Shown in pieces: positions 62,760 through 64,000 of a stretch of 64,000 nucleotides of DNA. Origin of the DNA: Mobula hypostoma. Taxonomy: Eukaryota. Below the pieces are notes generated by a model that made no database searches, was not told the DNA's origin, and saw only the letters and a program-made list of their open reading frames with translations. The position numbers were made by a program, and so were the translations under genes. The stretch lies in contig NC_086097.1 in the NCBI RefSeq assembly GCF_963921235.1, positions 191,892,001-191,956,000 on the forward strand. The letters are read 5' to 3'. The stretch's first letter is position 1. The number at the start of each line of letters is the position of its first letter.

Positions 62760-64000
62760 AGTCTTAATTCTTGCCAGATTCTTTCTGCTGTACATGTACT
62801 CAGTCTGTGCAGAGACTGGTACTGGATTAGGGTGTTGGCAGTGAAACAAAATAACAAAAAGCTGATTGACGACCTCTGGTTTGTTCATTCTACTCTTCAG
62901 CAAGGTGAGACCAATCAAAAAAAAACACCAATAGATTAGGCTGCAGGCCTTTGCAGACTGCCTAATGAAGGAGGAAAGTCAAGTCTGAGTGTAAGACATT
63001 GTCGATTGAGGATATTGCAATAGCTAGATTTATCATGAATGTCTGCATCTCAGTCAGCATGGCTTCCAGTGACACCACAACCTCTCTAAGCACTTTGATC
63101 TGTTTGATATCATTCAAATCTATTGGTGTTGATACGAGCAACTAAAGTTACAATGTGTAAACACACTACTGTAGCTCTGAATCTCACCATTCGAAATATA
63201 ATTGTTCCTATGACCAGCAGCCTGCCATTTGCATTTGTTCTTTATTACCCAGGCTCTGTATTTCATCACAAGCTCTTTACTATAACTTACACTGTTTGCC
63301 TTTGTAGATTCAGATACAGGTCTACAGAGTTGTAAAATCAAGCATTTTTGACTTTTTGATTTAATTATTTTATTTTTTTTGTTTTCCTTGTCACTCAGCA
63401 CATTGCTCAAAGGTATCCATAAATACTTTTGCTTTATGTTGAAGGTTTTAGAAATATAGGAACATCGAACAACAAGAAAAGGAGGATACTGACCCTTTAA
63501 TTCTGTTCTGTTCTATCCAGTTTTGTGACATTGGCAAACTTGGATATGTTAAATTTGGTTCCCACATCAAAATTACAGTAGTATTGTAAGGCACAAGCAC
63601 TGAATACCATAACATTACACAGGTTAACACCTGGCACCAAGAAAAAAAACATTTATTCCTACATTCTGGTTCTTTTTGTGAACCAGTTTTCCATTCATGT
63701 CAGTTTATTGAACTTAATCCTACCTAATTTTGAACACCAACTTCAAAAATTGAAATACACTCTATCCACTGATTTTTCCTAAGTGATATACCAGGTGTAT
63801 TGCTAAGTAACTCCAATAGGTTTGTTAGTTAATTTCCCTTTCATTTATCCATATTGTCACTGACTAATGCCTTTGATATTTCTGAATGTCCTATTCTAAC
63901 ATCGTTTATAATACACCCTAACATTTTCCTTATTATTGATATGCTTCATGAATTACCCTTGCTATTTTTTTAAATAGTGGGATTATACTTGCTGTCTTCC

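Noticed and set aside
1..64000. CRISPR arrays, operons or prokaryotic defence/retron systems
   Set aside because: All RTs belong to eukaryotic CR1, Rex1, PLE, RTE or Gypsy classes; no repeat-spacer array or bacterial gene density

Overview
Repeat-dense vertebrate genomic DNA with no host gene exon I can support. The mix of CR1 LINEs, Penelope-like elements (PLEs), Rex1/Babar LINEs, Gypsy LTR elements, HE1/V-SINE-like and tRNA-head SINEs, and hAT and Tc1 remnants suggests a cartilaginous fish, probably a ray (inference). Nearly all ORFs in the track are TE fragments or their antisense shadows. The standout is a 3.8-kb two-LTR Gypsy element (41178-44969) with a tRNA-Pro PBS, a PPT, PNMA-like gag, and protease and RT remnants. 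Its RNase H/integrase region is replaced by three joined pieces of a sarcomeric myosin heavy chain rod, apparently intronless and in frame with the RT remnant. Other notable structures: minimal hammerhead ribozymes in PLE terminal repeats, one held in the loop of a perfect 57-bp hairpin; a 30-bp PLE insertion with a 12-bp TSD; CR1-into-CR1 insertions; a SINE and an RTE-like LINE sharing a 48-nt tail; and two inverted duplications of unique-looking sequence. All family calls come from motif recognition by eye, not database searches. Boundaries of old elements are approximate.
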